A stretch of 60,489 bases of DNA from Clostridium sp. CAG:594 (GTDB lineage: Bacteria > Bacillota_I > Bacilli_A > RF39 > UBA660), in contig FR881489.1 in assembly GCA_000434835.1 (NCBI GenBank), positions 41,750 to 102,238 of the forward strand. Reading direction: 5' to 3'. A program made the position numbers and the translations under genes. The notes below the pieces were generated by a model, which had not been told where the DNA came from, made no database searches, and was given only the letters and a program-made list of their open reading frames with translations. Of the stretch, positions 1 to 7,868 are shown in pieces. Position 1 is the first letter of the stretch; each line of letters starts with the position of its first letter.

Positions 1-328
1 CGTCTTTCTTACCCTTTTTATTAGAAGTAAATAAGCCTATTTTTATACTTCCTTTTTTTACTATTAAATCGCTTACTATGCTTTCTACCTTAATGATTAA
101 TGAATCAATGTTTTTTATATCATCATCTAAACCATCTTCTATAACATAACCTGCTATAGCACTTTCCTTAATAATTTCTTTTGTTATATTAGAAAGTTTA
201 TTAGATAATCTATTTATATCTTTTCTAATTACTTTTTTTAATGCTTTTTCAAATTCACTTGGATTTTCTTCTTTTGTTATCTTTTTACCATCTATACTAT
301 AAAATTCTAGTTTGGATAATCTTTCCAT
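1..328 (-). CDS. hypothetical protein, 5' part only (gene runs off the left edge of the window)
   Basis: Absent from the ORF track because no stop lies inside the window. Reverse-strand ATG at 326-328 has AGGAGG (complement of 337-342) 8 nt upstream. The frame MERLSKLEFYSIDGKKITKEENPSEFEKALKKVIRKDINRLSNK... stays open to position 1. No family recognised. Confidence 0.5.
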   Translation of the reverse strand, partial: MERLSKLEFYSIDGKKITKEENPSEFEKALKKVIRKDINRLSNKLSNITKEIIKESAIAGYVIEDGLDDDIKNIDSLIIKVESIVSDLIVKKGSIKIGLFTSNKKGKKD

Positions 329-367
329 TTTAAATTCCTCCTAACTATCATATAAGTATATAATAAC

Positions 368-404
368 ATAAAAAAACAAAAGAATGAACAAATTTCATTC
401 TTTT
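368..404 (-). terminator. intrinsic terminator after the 403..822 gene
   Basis: Perfect 11-bp stem (378-388 aaaagaatgaa / 394-404 ttcattctttt) with a 5-nt loop. On the minus strand it is followed by a T-run (complement of A-run 371-377). It overlaps the stop codon. Confidence 0.65.
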
Positions 405-822
405 ACTTATTTTTTCTTGATTTTAAGTTTTTTAAAGCTTCTCTCATATTAACTAATTCAAAATAATGAATAGCATTATCTAAATCCTCAAAATTAGCAT
501 CATAGTTTCTAAGTTCTTTATCTATTTTTGATTCATCATCTAAAGTATATTCCAAAGCTTTAATTAAAGTAATTAATCTTATATCCATTGACTCTTGTTT
601 TGGAAGATTATCTATATTAATTTTAACTTCTTCTTTATTTAGCATATCTTCTAACAAATAATTATAAGCATCCTCTATTACTTTTATAATTTTTTCATTT
701 GATAAGTTATTTTTTGATTTTTGCTTTGCCTTATTATATGCAACTTCTAAATCCATTCGATCAAAATTACCACTTAATCCTAATATTTTTAAACTTTTTT
801 CATACATTTTTATCACCTTCAT
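403..822 (-). CDS. hypothetical cytoplasmic protein with J-domain-like N-terminus lacking the HPD motif
   Basis: 139-aa ORF. The N-terminus YEKSLKILGLSGNFDRMDLEVAYNKAKQKS resembles helix I-II of DnaJ J-domains, but no His-Pro-Asp follows. Terminator downstream. Confidence 0.55.
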   Translation of the reverse strand: MKVIKMYEKSLKILGLSGNFDRMDLEVAYNKAKQKSKNNLSNEKIIKVIEDAYNYLLEDMLNKEEVKINIDNLPKQESMDIRLITLIKALEYTLDDESKIDKELRNYDANFEDLDNAIHYFELVNMREALKNLKSRKNK

Positions 823-896
823 ATAAACTTTTGATAATTGGTGATTTGTATATTAGCACAAAAGAATGCTTAAGTCAAATAAAAAGACCAAAGTAA

Positions 897-2006
897 TTAT
901 TTCTTGGTCTTATTTACCTTTTTCTTTTTTACGTTATCTTTTTTCTTTACTGGAAAATGTATTTTCTTTAAATTTAACTTTGCATTATCAGTAACTATGT
1001 TAGTTGTTAAAACAACCCATGTTATAAGTAGTACTAAAATAACGTATATTATTGCACCTATTTTTCTATCTTTTAATACATAAAAAATGGATGCTGAAGA
1101 AAACAAAATACTTACTGCATATATTATTAAAACAGTTGTTTTCTGTGAGAATTTCTTATTTAATAGTTGATGATGAAGATGCTGCTTATCTGCTTCATAT
1201 ATTGGTTTATGATGAATAATTCTTCTTAGGATTGCAAATAAAGTATCCAGTATTGGAATTGCCAAAATAAGCATTGGAACAACAAGTGATGTAAGAGTTA
1301 CTGCCTTAAATCCTAAAAGACAAACGACTGCTATCATAAATCCTAGAAACATAGAACCTATCTCACCCATAAATATTTTAGCAGGATTAAAGTTAAATAT
1401 TAAAAATCCAAGACAAGCTCCTATCATAATAAAGGCGATAGTAATTTCAAGACTTCCTAAATTATGCATAATAAATGCTAAAACACCTATCGTTATAAAG
1501 AATATCATTGATATACCATCTGCTAGTCCATCTAAACCATCTATTAAGTTAATGCAGTTCATAACAGCAACAATAAACACTAATGTAATTGGATAAGCTA
1601 GCCATCCAAAGTCAAAATAATATCCAAAAAATGATATATCATTTAAAAGTATCTTTCCATAAAAAACTATTATCAAAGCTGCAACTACCTGACCTACTAA
1701 TTTTTCTCTTGCACGAAGAGGCTTTATAACGTCTAATATTCCGGTTATTACCACTATAAAGCTCGCTATTAAAATAGCTAACATCTGAGTACTTTGAGGT
1801 GCAAAAAGCATATATCCAAACAAAAAGCCTAAGTATATCATAAGTCCACCCATAACTGGCATTGGTTTTTTATGAACCTTTCTTTCATTAGGATAATCAA
1901 GTGCTCCAACATGATAACTAATCCATTTTATCATTGGAAAAAGTAGAGCCGTAAAGGCTGCTACTATAATAACTATTTTTAATACTTCAATTATTTCTTT
2001 TTGCAT
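897..2006 (-). CDS. tagO: polyprenyl-phosphate HexNAc-1-phosphate transferase (MraY/WecA/TagO family), wall-polymer initiating enzyme
   Basis: 369-aa polytopic membrane protein with family hallmarks DYPNERKVHKKPMPVMGG and NCINLIDGLDGLADG, and a Lys-rich C-terminal tail. It sits at the head of a glycosyltransferase cluster. Confidence 0.85.
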   Translation of the reverse strand: MQKEIIEVLKIVIIVAAFTALLFPMIKWISYHVGALDYPNERKVHKKPMPVMGGLMIYLGFLFGYMLFAPQSTQMLAILIASFIVVITGILDVIKPLRAREKLVGQVVAALIIVFYGKILLNDISFFGYYFDFGWLAYPITLVFIVAVMNCINLIDGLDGLADGISMIFFITIGVLAFIMHNLGSLEITIAFIMIGACLGFLIFNFNPAKIFMGEIGSMFLGFMIAVVCLLGFKAVTLTSLVVPMLILAIPILDTLFAILRRIIHHKPIYEADKQHLHHQLLNKKFSQKTTVLIIYAVSILFSSASIFYVLKDRKIGAIIYVILVLLITWVVLTTNIVTDNAKLNLKKIHFPVKKKDNVKKKKVNKTKK

Positions 2007-2071
2007 AATAAATCACCACTATTATTAGTTTATCATAAATTAGAAAAACAACCAAATACTATTTTTAAAAT

Positions 2072-2980
2072 TTACTTTGAATGTTTATCGTTAAATCCTA
2101 ATTTTTCTTTTATTATATAGCAAGGTCTATTTAAAATATTACTGTATATTCTAGATACATAAAGTGATATTATACCAAGTTGTAGCATAATAAAACTTAT
2201 AAACAAAATTATTGTTCTATTAGCTAAATTACCCATTAAAATAAAGTTAAGTAATCCAACTATAAGTGCAAGTACACCAATTATAAATACTGATTTTATA
2301 GGTTTAGTTGAAAACGATATTATACCTCCAAGTGAGTATTTAAGGAGTTTAAATAATGACCATTTAGAAGTTCCATACATTCTTTTTTCTGGCATGTAAG
2401 GAACGTATATCGTATTAAATCCTACCCATGAAAACATTCCCTTTAGAAATCTTGTTTTTTCATCAAGAGATGTAATAGCATCACAAACTGACTTTTTAAA
2501 CACCCTAAAATCACTTGCCCCAGGTAGTAATTTAACGTCTGATATTTTATTATTTATTTTATAAAATAATGAAGTTAAAGTTCTTTTTAAAGAGCCTTCA
2601 TCTTCCCTGTTTGATTTATATGCACAGCAGCAATCAAAACTATCATCATTAATTAACTTTTTATACATTAAAATGAGCATTTCTGGTGTGTGCTGTAAAT
2701 CAGCATCCATTATTGCAACATAACTTCCACTTGCATTTTTAAGTCCCGCAAGCATAGCGGATTCTTTACCAAAATTTCTTGAAAATCTAATTACTTTTAC
2801 GTTTTTATTTGCTTTATTAAGTGAGGATAATTTACTATAAGTGTCATCCGTACTTCCATCATCTATAAATATTATTTCATAAGTTATTTTTTCTTTTAAA
2901 AGCGCTTTAGATAACTCACTTTCAAATTCACTTACGTTTGCTGCTTCATTATAACAAGGTACTACAACAGATAATTTCAT
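2072..2980 (-). CDS. GT2 polyprenyl-phosphate glycosyltransferase (GtrB/CsbB/DPM1-like) with two C-terminal TM helices
   Basis: GT-A motifs VVVPCYNE, FIDDGSTDDT and MDADLQH, plus a C-terminal pair of hydrophobic helices. This is the typical GtrB architecture. Confidence 0.85.
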   Translation of the reverse strand: MKLSVVVPCYNEAANVSEFESELSKALLKEKITYEIIFIDDGSTDDTYSKLSSLNKANKNVKVIRFSRNFGKESAMLAGLKNASGSYVAIMDADLQHTPEMLILMYKKLINDDSFDCCCAYKSNREDEGSLKRTLTSLFYKINNKISDVKLLPGASDFRVFKKSVCDAITSLDEKTRFLKGMFSWVGFNTIYVPYMPEKRMYGTSKWSLFKLLKYSLGGIISFSTKPIKSVFIIGVLALIVGLLNFILMGNLANRTIILFISFIMLQLGIISLYVSRIYSNILNRPCYIIKEKLGFNDKHSK

Positions 2981-2996
2981 ATTTACCGCCTTCTTT

Positions 2997-4124
2997 CTAC
3001 TTTCTTTTATTAATTAATTTGCTCCATTTTTCAAGAACTACTTCGCCGCTAAAATCTTTAGCACGACATCTTGCTTCTTTTCCTATTTTTTTTCTTAGTT
3101 TTTCATCAGTAATTAATAAGTCTATTTTACTTACCATTTCGCTAGAATCTCTGTTTTCAATTAAATAACCGCTTTTTCCGTTTTCTATTATTTCGTTTGC
3201 TCCTTGTGCTGACGTATATGAAAGACAAGGAATTCCGTAGCTCATAGCTTCTATTAAAACAAGACCAAAGCTTTCTGTATGAGATGTCATAACGTATATT
3301 GAACTATTTAAAAGTAATTCGTTTATGTATTCTTTATTTTGATATCCGTGAAATATTACTTTATCTCCTAGTTTTAATTCTTCTGCAAGTTCTAGAAGAT
3401 TTCCTCTTTCCATTCCATCACCAACAATGTTTAGTTTCCAATTAGGATGTTTTATACTAAGTGTTTTAAATAACTTAAGCAAATCATCAAAACCTTTTTC
3501 CTTTGATAACCTACCTACTGATATTAAGTTTTCACTATCTAATTTAGATAATTTATTAGGAAGCTTATCAAGACAGTTTGGAATATAAACCGCTTTTTTT
3601 CCTAAGTAATTACCATAAAATTTAGTAAGTTCATTTGAAACCAAAACTAAGTTATTAACTCCCTTACAAGATTTAACTAATGAGTTTATGTATTTCTTGT
3701 TATTATTATGATGGTTATGTTCCCAAGCTATTTTTCTTATTTTTTTAGGAGCAAACTTAGATACTAACATATTATGAACTGTACGTGTAGAAATTATGAC
3801 ATCGCAATCAAGTTTTCTAAGTACGCTTGCAGTTTTAATATATTTAACAAATCCAGTTTCTAATGATTTACCAATTCCCTTAAAAAACATTTTGAAATTT
3901 TTCTTTTCTAAGTAAAACTTCATTTCTTTTTTATTTGGTTTAATATTAGAAATATATCTTATTTTTACTCTTTCATCAATATCAAAAACTGGCTCGTTAT
4001 ATAGTCTATATACAGATAATATTTCAACTTCATATTTTTCACATAAAAGATTTGCTAATGTTGCAACTGCGTTTTCAATACCTCCATAACCTAAATGGAG
4101 TGCTAAAATAGTTACTTTTTTCAT
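2997..4124 (-). CDS. GT4-family (GT-B fold) glycosyltransferase
   Basis: 375 aa. N-terminus LHLGYGGIENAV and C-terminal donor-binding region VMTSHTESFGLVLIEAMSYGIPCLS, typical of glycosyl transferases group 1. Confidence 0.85.
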   Translation of the reverse strand: MKKVTILALHLGYGGIENAVATLANLLCEKYEVEILSVYRLYNEPVFDIDERVKIRYISNIKPNKKEMKFYLEKKNFKMFFKGIGKSLETGFVKYIKTASVLRKLDCDVIISTRTVHNMLVSKFAPKKIRKIAWEHNHHNNNKKYINSLVKSCKGVNNLVLVSNELTKFYGNYLGKKAVYIPNCLDKLPNKLSKLDSENLISVGRLSKEKGFDDLLKLFKTLSIKHPNWKLNIVGDGMERGNLLELAEELKLGDKVIFHGYQNKEYINELLLNSSIYVMTSHTESFGLVLIEAMSYGIPCLSYTSAQGANEIIENGKSGYLIENRDSSEMVSKIDLLITDEKLRKKIGKEARCRAKDFSGEVVLEKWSKLINKRK

Positions 4125-4184
4125 TTATATCACCACCTTAATTATACTAAAGTAATTATAAAACGTCAAAAATTTATAAATTAA

Positions 4185-4219
4185 GTGTAAAGTAAAAGAA
4201 TATGACTCATCATATTCTT
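4185..4219 (-). terminator. intrinsic terminator after the Alg13-like gene
   Basis: 10-bp stem 4196-4205 aagaatatga / 4210-4219 tcatattctt with a 4-nt loop. A T-rich tract follows on the minus strand. Confidence 0.5.
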
Positions 4220-4710
4220 TAAATATTATCTATGTAATCTTTAATTTTCATCCTAAAGTTTTCACTGTTTGATTCATACTTTTTTGGCTTAAAAGTTTTT
4301 ATTTTATCTAAAGCAGCCGATAATCTCGACTTATCATATAGTGCAATAACATAACCTTTCATTTCAAATTCCTTTGTTATTTGCATTTGATGATCATTTG
4401 TGTGCTCTAGGTATTTTTTTAATCTTGGTACAACGATTATCTTTTTTCCTTTTTCTAGGCACTCCGTTATTGTCCCAACACCAGCATGTGTAATTATTAT
4501 TCTAGCCTTATCAATTAGTTTTTCTATTTCTTCTTTGTTTTTAAAATCAAATGATTCCATATTTTTATCTGAAAAAGCTGTATATCCGGTTTGCGCTACT
4601 ACTTTTTCTTTTATGTTACCTTTATCTATTTCTTTTGAAACCATTTTAAGCAATCTTAAAAAAGGTTTATCTTGAGTTCCTAATAATACTAATATCATTA
4701 AAATATCCAC
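4219..4710 (-). CDS. Alg13-like / Cps14G-PssE-type catalytic half of a split glycosyltransferase (Glyco_tran_28_C)
   Basis: 163 aa with ITHAGVGTITECLEKGKKIIVVP (MurG/Alg13 C-terminal domain pattern). Overlaps the upstream Alg14-like gene by 13 nt. Confidence 0.8.
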   Translation of the reverse strand: MDILMILVLLGTQDKPFLRLLKMVSKEIDKGNIKEKVVAQTGYTAFSDKNMESFDFKNKEEIEKLIDKARIIITHAGVGTITECLEKGKKIIVVPRLKKYLEHTNDHQMQITKEFEMKGYVIALYDKSRLSAALDKIKTFKPKKYESNSENFRMKIKDYIDNI

Positions 4711-5168
4711 CCTTCATATTTAGCTTTTGGATATAACTTAAGCATTGAATGCCACTGAACAACAAACACGTCCGCTATAGGATATATTAATTTTCCTGTT
4801 AACGTTTTTGTTTCAATGTTTGCAAATGATTCAATGTAAATAACTTTTTTCTTAAATATTTTAGCAATGTAACACATTGCAACACACGTGTGAGCTCCTG
4901 TTGTAACAATTACATCTGGTTTAAATTTTAAAAATAAAATAAGACTTCTTATCACGTTATATGGTAATACCCAAATATACCTTAATATATGATCTTTATT
5001 ACCGGTTAAAAGATAATCTATTTTACTTTTATATCTTGCTTTAAGCCCAACTGTAGATTTATGTTTTTCTGTTACAAGTTTGTAGTCATAATCTTTAAAG
5101 ATGCTTTTAAGTTGCATAAGTTCTGTTAAATGACCACCCATACTTGATATAAAAATTACCTTTTTCAT
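4698..5168 (-). CDS. Alg14-like / Cps14F-PssD-type membrane-associating half of a split glycosyltransferase
   Basis: 156 aa, MKKVIFISSMGGHLTELMQL... and TTGAHTCVAM pattern. Gene order Alg14-like then Alg13-like, as in cps14F-cps14G. Confidence 0.8.
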   Translation of the reverse strand: MKKVIFISSMGGHLTELMQLKSIFKDYDYKLVTEKHKSTVGLKARYKSKIDYLLTGNKDHILRYIWVLPYNVIRSLILFLKFKPDVIVTTGAHTCVAMCYIAKIFKKKVIYIESFANIETKTLTGKLIYPIADVFVVQWHSMLKLYPKAKYEGWIF

Positions 5169-5227
5169 ATATTTTTCACCTAACTCGATTATAGCAAATA
5201 AAGAAGAAATTGTATATAAATTTTAAT

Positions 5228-6163
5228 CTATATGTTAGTTAAGACCTTATTAGATAGCCTATACGTTGTAACAAATATATTAGGATCACTTACGTATTCT
5301 AATGCTAACTTACCATTTTTACGAGTTATTATGATGCCTATTGTTTCGTTGTGAAATCTTCTTTTTAAAAACTTATCGGTTAACATCATATACACCTTTG
5401 TTTGCGTAACATCTCTGGGCTTTATTTCACCAAGTTTAAGTTCACATACTATATATCTGTTAAGTTCTGTATTAAACAGTAATAAATCTACGTAATAATT
5501 TTTATTATCATATGAGAGTTTATATTCGCTTCCTACGAAAGTAAAACCAGTACCTAATTCTAAAAAGAAATGTTCTAGTTCTTTTAATATGTATTTTTTT
5601 AAAACCTTTTCACTTATTTTTTCATTGTCATCTATATTTATTAATATTGGGTCATGTATCATATCTTTTATATCCAAACTAGTTTCTTTGTCTGTTATTA
5701 GTTTTATGTGTTTCTTATCTGCATAAGATAATCTATCAAATGATTTTGTTTTTATTTCATTTATTAATCCTCTTACGGATAAATTATTTTGAATACACCT
5801 ATTTATGTAATAATTACGTTCATTTTCATTTTTTAATGGCAATAAATAACGCCAGTGTGACCAAGTTAAGGTTAATTGGTCGCACGATGTGCGACTTTTT
5901 TTAATTATCAAATAAAGTTGTCTCATATTTTTTAGATTTGTTAAATTATAACCTTTTCCATATTCTCTAGATAGTTCACTAGACCACTTCTTTATTAATC
6001 CGTCTCCATATTTAGCTTTTTCTTCGCCATCTTGTGCTTCGATTAAAAGCCTTCCTATTTCATAATAAGTCTTAATGGTTTCTTTATTACTTTCTAAGTA
6101 TCTAACTTTATCATTTACTTCTTTTTCTTCTATTAAATTCTTTATCTCTTTATAATAGTTCAT
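5228..6163 (-). CDS. DUF1016 (YhcG-like) PDDEXK nuclease-fold protein
   Basis: YhcG-type N-terminal helical region (YYEIGRLLIEAQDGEEKAKYGDGLIKKWSSELSREYGKGYNLTNLKNMRQLY, SWSHWRYLL). C-terminal PD-(D/E)xK core YVDLLLFN...IVCELKLGE. The track ORF starts at 6202, but a TATAAT lies inside that extension, and ATG 6161-6163 (MNYYKEIK) has an AAAGGAA Shine-Dalgarno sequence. Start therefore set at 6163. Confidence 0.75.
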   Translation of the reverse strand: MNYYKEIKNLIEEKEVNDKVRYLESNKETIKTYYEIGRLLIEAQDGEEKAKYGDGLIKKWSSELSREYGKGYNLTNLKNMRQLYLIIKKSRTSCDQLTLTWSHWRYLLPLKNENERNYYINRCIQNNLSVRGLINEIKTKSFDRLSYADKKHIKLITDKETSLDIKDMIHDPILINIDDNEKISEKVLKKYILKELEHFFLELGTGFTFVGSEYKLSYDNKNYYVDLLLFNTELNRYIVCELKLGEIKPRDVTQTKVYMMLTDKFLKRRFHNETIGIIITRKNGKLALEYVSDPNIFVTTYRLSNKVLTNI

Positions 6164-6230
6164 AAACTTTTCCTTTCTTAAGTCACTTATTATACGAACC
6201 ATTTATAAAAAAATTTTCGAACAAAAACAT

Positions 6231-6302
6231 AAAATGCACAATATTTTCATAATATTGTGCATTTTTGTATATTTTTTTATGATTTTGCACAATGATTGTG
6301 CA
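6231..6302. repeat. two palindromes built on the same 8-mer TGCACAAT/ATTGTGCA
   Basis: IR1 6231-6265: aaaatgcacaatatt-ttcat-aatattgtgcatttt (15-bp arms). IR2 6286-6302: tgcacaat-g-attgtgca. IR1 is flanked by T-runs on both strands, so it is a likely bidirectional terminator for the 6310..7857 gene. The shared half-site could also be an operator upstream of the DUF1016 gene. Confidence 0.6.
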
Positions 6303-6309
6303 TTTTTAA

Positions 6310-7857
6310 TTATAATTCGTCATCATCTTCTAAAGATAATCTTCTATACTTTGGTTTATTTTTATCCAACCTTTTTTTAGCTTCTTCTAATTCCTTTAAC
6401 TTTTCCTTCCTAGATTTCTTAGGCATAACGTATTCATCTTCTTCTACTCTTTTAATAACTGGCCTATCATCTACGTCATCAATGGAATAATCATAATTAG
6501 AATCTTCATTTTTAATCTTGCCTTTTAACTTATCTATTTTTCTTTGATATTTTTCTATCTTTTTGTCATTTGATTTAAACTTGCCTAATAATTTAAATAT
6601 AATAATTAAAACAAATATTAAGGCTAAGGCTGCTGCTACATAAAACACATATTTAGTATGCATATCTTTTATGTCCGATAACTCCTTATAATATCTTGAA
6701 AAAGTACTATTTTTCTTATCATATAAGTAGAAGCCTTCATCCCCTGTTTCTAAATTTTTAGCATAAACTAAATAATAGTTATCATTCTTATCATATCTAT
6801 ACTTATATCCTTCTATTTTTAAATCATTTATTTTAAAACTTGTCTTAACAAAATCTAAAGGAGTCTTTATTTTTTCATTATTAAGAATAAGTAAATTGAC
6901 TTCTCCACCTTTAGCTTCCATAAAGGATGTATATGAATTTTTATTTTTATCATAGATAAATAGCTTTATGTTGCCTTCATTATCCTTTAATGCTACTAAA
7001 AGTATTTTTGCAATTTCGCTTTGATAAGCACAAACATCTTGGTCTCCTATTTTTATAGTAGTTTCTGTAAAACCAACTGGTATGTTTTCTACTTGCCCTT
7101 TTTTTCTAACAACGGTATATGTTTTACCATCAACTTTCACCTTTACTGGATCTAGTTCCTGAACGGTTAAATTTATTACATATTTCTTTTTTTCTCCATG
7201 TTCTGCTGTTACTATTATCTCTATTTTATTAATACCATCTACAACGTCTACCTCACCAGCACCTGTTATGCTTGCTTTGCTATCTTGTGCTGTTGCAATT
7301 ATCTTTGCTTTTGTTGTATCAACCGGAAGTGTTGCTTGATACTCAGTAATATTTTTATTAAATGATGGTGATAAGTCTGCACCCTCAACCGATAATGAAC
7401 TTAAATTGTTATTTCTACTATAGCTTGCCTCTATCTCTGATTGACTTTTCATAGATACGCTAGCAGAACCTGTGCTTGATAAACACTCATTTGTTGAAGC
7501 ATAATCTAAAACTGATGCATTAACGGGTTTAAATGTTGCACTTCCACTTTGTAATGCGGTAAAAGAATAAGAATACGATGAAGATGACTTACTACCATTT
7601 CCATAATCTACCACGTGAAGCGTACCACTATTTAATCTAACTTTTGAAGAATCATAACTTAGCGTGTACTCCCAAGATCCGATTGAAGCACTACCTGCTA
7701 CCGTAACAGTAACTTTAAAGCTTTGACCAACAACAACGCTAGATGGTGCTGAAACACCTATTCTACAGCTTGCCGCACTAACGTTATCTATTTTAAATAT
7801 AAATGCAAAAAGGAGGATAAAAGCTCCTGTTAATATCTTTTTATATAACTTCTTCAT
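6310..7857 (-). CDS. type I membrane protein: signal peptide, cohesin-like N-terminal domain, cadherin-like beta-sandwich, unknown domain, TM helix, charged cytoplasmic tail
   Basis: Signal peptide ends at VSAAS. Residues ~30-135 (RIGVSAPSSVVVGQSFKVTVTVAGSASIGSWEYTLSYDSSKVRL...ATFKPVNASVLD) follow the cohesin sequence pattern. NNLSSLSVEGADLSPSFNKNITEYQATL...KKKYVINLTV is a cadherin-like beta-sandwich (PF12733-type). TM helix YVFYVAAALALIFVLIIIFKLLG. ~95-aa K/E/D-rich tail ending DDDEL. Confidence 0.75.
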   Translation of the reverse strand: MKKLYKKILTGAFILLFAFIFKIDNVSAASCRIGVSAPSSVVVGQSFKVTVTVAGSASIGSWEYTLSYDSSKVRLNSGTLHVVDYGNGSKSSSSYSYSFTALQSGSATFKPVNASVLDYASTNECLSSTGSASVSMKSQSEIEASYSRNNNLSSLSVEGADLSPSFNKNITEYQATLPVDTTKAKIIATAQDSKASITGAGEVDVVDGINKIEIIVTAEHGEKKKYVINLTVQELDPVKVKVDGKTYTVVRKKGQVENIPVGFTETTIKIGDQDVCAYQSEIAKILLVALKDNEGNIKLFIYDKNKNSYTSFMEAKGGEVNLLILNNEKIKTPLDFVKTSFKINDLKIEGYKYRYDKNDNYYLVYAKNLETGDEGFYLYDKKNSTFSRYYKELSDIKDMHTKYVFYVAAALALIFVLIIIFKLLGKFKSNDKKIEKYQRKIDKLKGKIKNEDSNYDYSIDDVDDRPVIKRVEEDEYVMPKKSRKEKLKELEEAKKRLDKNKPKYRRLSLEDDDEL

Positions 7858-7868
7858 TCTTATACCTC

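Noticed and set aside
6211-6221. 11-mer AAATTTTCGAA shared upstream of both intact DUF1016 genes (second copy at 42758-42768)
   Set aside because: My rough estimate is that an 11-nt match between two ~150-nt AT-rich regions has a chance probability of a few percent. In the second copy the motif lies inside the loop of the muramidase terminator. This is not enough for a regulatory call.
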